This document shows positions 56,615 to 59,960 of a stretch of 59,960 bases of DNA, piece by piece. The DNA lies in IMG/VR virus record IMGVR_UViG_3300034374_009468, positions 1 through 59,960 of that record. One strand, written 5' to 3'. How positions within the stretch are numbered: the stretch's first letter is position 1; every line of letters starts with the position of its first letter. The notes under the pieces are model-generated. The model was given only the letters and a program-made list of their open reading frames with translations, was not told the origin of the DNA and did not search any database. Position numbers and translations under genes: made by a program. Source of the stretch: a virus. Its lineage: Duplodnaviria > Caudoviricetes.

Positions 56615-58399
56615 TTAAAGTATTTCAATATCTGCACCTGCAGCTATTAGTTTTGCAATAGTCTCCATATCTAAATCTACAATCTTTGCTTTTTGATCTG
56701 GCATCATAGGTCTTTGCATTTGTGGTTGTCTTATTTGTTGTTGCATCATTTGCTGCTGTGACATTTCTTTACCATCTTGTGCAAAATACCCTACATCTAA
56801 ATTATCTGGTTGTGCCAATCCTGTATTTACATCCCACATTCCTCTATCTCCTTCTCGTTCATTATACATACCAAATGCTTTATCTGCCATTCCCATCATT
56901 CTGAAATCTCTCTTAGCATCTCTTGCTTTTTTATTCTGAAACATTTCATTTACAACACCTGCTCCTGCAACTAATGCACCACTAGTTTTACCAAATGCTT
57001 GCATACCTGGAGAGTCCATAGCATATTTAATTGTACCTGGTATTCTATTAGTTCTTTTTATTTGAGGATCTTCATACGGCATAGGTCTGTATACAAAATC
57101 TTCTAATGGATCTGGAGTAGGTAAATACAATTGTTTAGTCGTTAAAGGTTCTGGTATTTCACCTGCTGTTTGATACTTTGTTAAGTTTAAACCAAAAGGA
57201 TCATTTTTAAAATCAATTTTAGGAGGTATTAAACTTTGCAATCTTTGTAAAGCTGAAGTCGTATTTGGAGATCTTGGAATATTATATGCTGGTACATTAT
57301 ATCCTAATTTTTTAAGAGGAAATGTTCCTGTTACATTTGGTAGATTAGCAATGTTTTCTCCCATCATGGTTTCTCTTAAATAAGGATTATCCGCATCATC
57401 ATAAACTTGAACAGTGCCGTCAGGAGCAACACCATAAGATTGACCAGGTTTTAAAGAATAAGATTTATCCATACCTTGTATTTCTCTAAGCAATTTTCTT
57501 TGATAAGGATTATCTTTAATTCTTTGTTGAACAACTCCTAAGCCAGTATAATCATTTAATTGATCTCTTGTAAAAGCACCTTCTGGAGCATCTATACCAA
57601 TATTAGTTTTACCTAAATAACGTCTTTTTTCAGGAAATAAATTAGGATCTATTTTTCTAGATGACATAATACCTTCATACTGTTTTGTATCAGGATTATA
57701 ATCTATAATACTATTCTCTATAACATCTTTTTCATACTGATCTTTTGTCCTTAATTTACCTTCATATAAATCTGTAGGATCATACACATAATTTCCTTTA
57801 TTAGGATCAAAATTATCTTCTTTTACTTTATAACCATAATAAAAAGGCCTACTTGCTTTGTGTCTAGCTCTTTTAGTTTTCATATTTCTAAAAGCACCGT
57901 CAGCTAAACCATCATTATTTTCATCTTTACCACCAAATAGTTCTCCTACTGATTCCATGAATACACCTAATGCACCACCCACATTACCTTTAGATCCTAA
58001 ATCTTCAGGTATATAAAAACCTTTAGCAGGAGTAAAATTTTCTCTAACTCTAAAACCTTGTGAAGCAGTTAATGGAAACATAGACATACCTCTTTGTGCT
58101 TGAGGTAAAGGTTTTATTTGACCTTTTTGGACATAGTTATCTTCATCATAATTTTCATACACACTTTTTCTAAGCTGTTCTATATCATTTTCCTCATACC
58201 CTACTTCCATAAAAGCTTGATTAATATCTTCTACAGGTATGTATTGAGTCAATAAATCCTTATATATTTTTTCAGCAGGTATACCATTAGTAAGCATAGC
58301 AAGAACATCATCTTTCAAACCATAAAAGTTTATTTGTTCTTGCTGCTCTTCACCATTTTGGTTTAAACCTTCATTATTTAAACTATCTTGTTCCATCAT
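56615..58399 (-). CDS. putative virion cargo protein
   Basis: 594 aa in late block; Gln/Met-rich tract near C-terminus. Confidence 0.7.
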   Translation of the reverse strand: MMEQDSLNNEGLNQNGEEQQEQINFYGLKDDVLAMLTNGIPAEKIYKDLLTQYIPVEDINQAFMEVGYEENDIEQLRKSVYENYDEDNYVQKGQIKPLPQAQRGMSMFPLTASQGFRVRENFTPAKGFYIPEDLGSKGNVGGALGVFMESVGELFGGKDENNDGLADGAFRNMKTKRARHKASRPFYYGYKVKEDNFDPNKGNYVYDPTDLYEGKLRTKDQYEKDVIENSIIDYNPDTKQYEGIMSSRKIDPNLFPEKRRYLGKTNIGIDAPEGAFTRDQLNDYTGLGVVQQRIKDNPYQRKLLREIQGMDKSYSLKPGQSYGVAPDGTVQVYDDADNPYLRETMMGENIANLPNVTGTFPLKKLGYNVPAYNIPRSPNTTSALQRLQSLIPPKIDFKNDPFGLNLTKYQTAGEIPEPLTTKQLYLPTPDPLEDFVYRPMPYEDPQIKRTNRIPGTIKYAMDSPGMQAFGKTSGALVAGAGVVNEMFQNKKARDAKRDFRMMGMADKAFGMYNEREGDRGMWDVNTGLAQPDNLDVGYFAQDGKEMSQQQMMQQQIRQPQMQRPMMPDQKAKIVDLDMETIAKLIAAGADIEIL

Positions 58400-58402
58400 A
58401 AT

Positions 58403-58425
58403 ATAATATACAAAATAAATATTTA
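58403..58425 (-). promoter_or_regulatory. candidate phage late promoter (copy 2)
   Basis: Minus strand TAAATATTTATTTTGTATATTAT in the only sizeable gap of the late block; matches 21236-21257. Confidence 0.5.
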
Positions 58426-58449
58426 AAATACTAACTTACAGTCATAAAA

Positions 58450-59960
58450 TTAGAATATATCATAAGGTAAAGTATAAGTTGTACCTATAAAAGGTTGTTT
58501 AGGTTTAAATGATTTAACTTCTCCACCTCTTTGATATGTATTTGTAGCATTTTCATGTATCTTATTAAATAGAGGAAGTGTTTTTAAATGTTTCTTTACT
58601 CTTCCTGAATTATATATAGAATACATTTGAGAAGGTGTATATTTATCTTTATGAGCATTGTAAAAATTATATACAGCTTCAACTTGATCATCAAAAGTTC
58701 CAGTATAATTTTTAGGTAAATATTTTTTAAAAGATTTACGATTTATTTGAAACTCACCATCTGAATGGAAAATAGAAGGGAACATATCTTCATAAGGTAT
58801 ACGAACATCTGTACCATGCTTTGATTCTTTTCCATGAACTGCAGAAAGAAAATTTAAAAGATCTTCATCAAATTCTAAACCTCGATTTTTTAAGCTATTA
58901 TTAATACGTTGTTTACTATCATAATATCTTGGTGCATAAGGTACTTTAGAACCACGTTTAACTAAATCATTACTTTCTTCAGGTAAAATATATACAGAAC
59001 TACCTTTTTCTAGTGTATCAAAACAGATAGTTTTTCCATTTACATTGATACAACCATTACTCATATCTCTAGTTTCAGGTGATCCGTTTGCATTAAAAGC
59101 ATTTATACGTTTTTCATTACCTGTACTATGTATTGCTTTAGAACTATATAAACCTGCATCAGATTTAAGAGTAAACATATTTCCATCACCATAATCTCTA
59201 GTTCTACTAGCCACTATATCTCTATTACGTGTACCTAAAGGTCTACCTCTCATAGCATCCGTTGCAACATTCCAAAGTTTAGATTGTACACTACCAGGAT
59301 TTTTATTTACATCAGTGCGATGCTGAGCAATAGTAAAATGACCAGAAGGTGTAATTTTACCTTCTGTTTCTTCTAAAAATTTAAAATAATCGTCATGAGT
59401 TTTACCTTTATTTGCATCATCTTCATACCAATCTCTCATTGATATTGAATAATCTCTATCCTTATTATCAGTACCTGTGATTACAGGTTCTGTACTTATA
59501 AGTCTATTATTAGAATCATAATAAGCAATTGTATTAGTTTTTTTATCTAAAATAGCATAGTTTTGATTTTTAGCTCCTTCGTTTTCAATTATAGATTCAT
59601 TTTGAGCAAATATTCTTGGATTAGATGTCTCTTTTATATCGGCTACAGGAATTGAATATTCAGCATTATATCTGTCTTTGTATAATTTATCACCTTCTGA
59701 TAATATGCCACGTTCTTCTGGATACATCATCTTCATATGTATCATTTCTCTTTGTGGTACAGTTAACGACTCCCACCAAAATCTCATATCTCTATATTGT
59801 TCATAAGAAGGTGATTTCACTTCTCCTTTTTTTTGATATTTTTGAAATTCCTCTATAGAACTGTTAATGCTACCACCTCTTCGTTTTAACATCCTTTTAG
59901 ATGTTCCTATTGGTTGATCATATATAGAACCTCTAAATGTATCTACAGAACCACCTTCTT
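58450..59960 (-). CDS. L,D-transpeptidase (YkuD-like) + lysozyme/SLT-like protein, 5'-truncated
   Basis: VITG, TPSG.F, AIH...SNGCIN; C-terminal GKES..G, GEFQI, YNSG; frame is open from 59892 to the window edge. Confidence 0.78.
   Translation of the reverse strand, partial: EGGSVDTFRGSIYDQPIGTSKRMLKRRGGSINSSIEEFQKYQKKGEVKSPSYEQYRDMRFWWESLTVPQREMIHMKMMYPEERGILSEGDKLYKDRYNAEYSIPVADIKETSNPRIFAQNESIIENEGAKNQNYAILDKKTNTIAYYDSNNRLISTEPVITGTDNKDRDYSISMRDWYEDDANKGKTHDDYFKFLEETEGKITPSGHFTIAQHRTDVNKNPGSVQSKLWNVATDAMRGRPLGTRNRDIVASRTRDYGDGNMFTLKSDAGLYSSKAIHSTGNEKRINAFNANGSPETRDMSNGCINVNGKTICFDTLEKGSSVYILPEESNDLVKRGSKVPYAPRYYDSKQRINNSLKNRGLEFDEDLLNFLSAVHGKESKHGTDVRIPYEDMFPSIFHSDGEFQINRKSFKKYLPKNYTGTFDDQVEAVYNFYNAHKDKYTPSQMYSIYNSGRVKKHLKTLPLFNKIHENATNTYQRGGEVKSFKPKQPFIGTTYTLPYDIF

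Noticed and set aside
19019-59858. Short + strand ORFs opposite minus-strand genes (19019, 20314, 20537, 28423, 34359, 38757, 40242, 43179, 47929, 48174, 49884, 52980, 56722, 59625)
   Set aside because: Antisense shadows; the 19019 ORF also runs through a terminator.
59890-59892. ATG as true start of the last ORF
   Set aside because: Frame remains open to the window edge, so the gene probably starts outside it.
1-59960. Reassigned stop codons, as in some crAss-like phages
   Set aside because: Genes up to 18.7 kb are open in the standard code, and TAG and TGA both end genes at sensible positions.

Overview
AT-rich segment of a crAss-like (Crassvirales-related, phi14:2-type) lytic phage genome with a probable Bacteroidota host; no capsid, portal or terminase gene is recognisable in the window. 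The + strand (about 0.1-19 kb and 21.3-26.4 kb) holds replication and nucleotide-metabolism genes: ung, SF4 helicase, Sak4-like ATPase, SSB-like protein, primase, RusA-like resolvase, PD-(D/E)XK exonuclease, family B DNA polymerase, class Id-like ribonucleotide reductase, dUTPase and ThyX. It also holds a metallopeptidase-VWA / MoxR-like AAA pair flanked by four apparent paralogs. The AAA gene is split by a 352-nt group I intron (10461-10812) whose P1 loop keeps only the tail of a deleted homing endonuclease. A small minus-strand membrane/lysis-like cassette (19.1-21.2 kb) includes an unannotated 33-aa Cys-rich gene. The minus strand from 26.4 kb to the end encodes probable virion cargo/ejection proteins: a 6249-aa virion RNA polymerase (DFDID) carrying inserted ART-like, nucleotidyltransferase-like, SLOG and zincin domains, an 1881-aa nuclease-bearing protein, and a 5'-truncated L,D-transpeptidase/lysozyme-like fusion. 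Several of these late proteins share a recurring [YMA]-[QKR]-x-G-G motif. All family assignments come from motif recognition by eye, not database searches.
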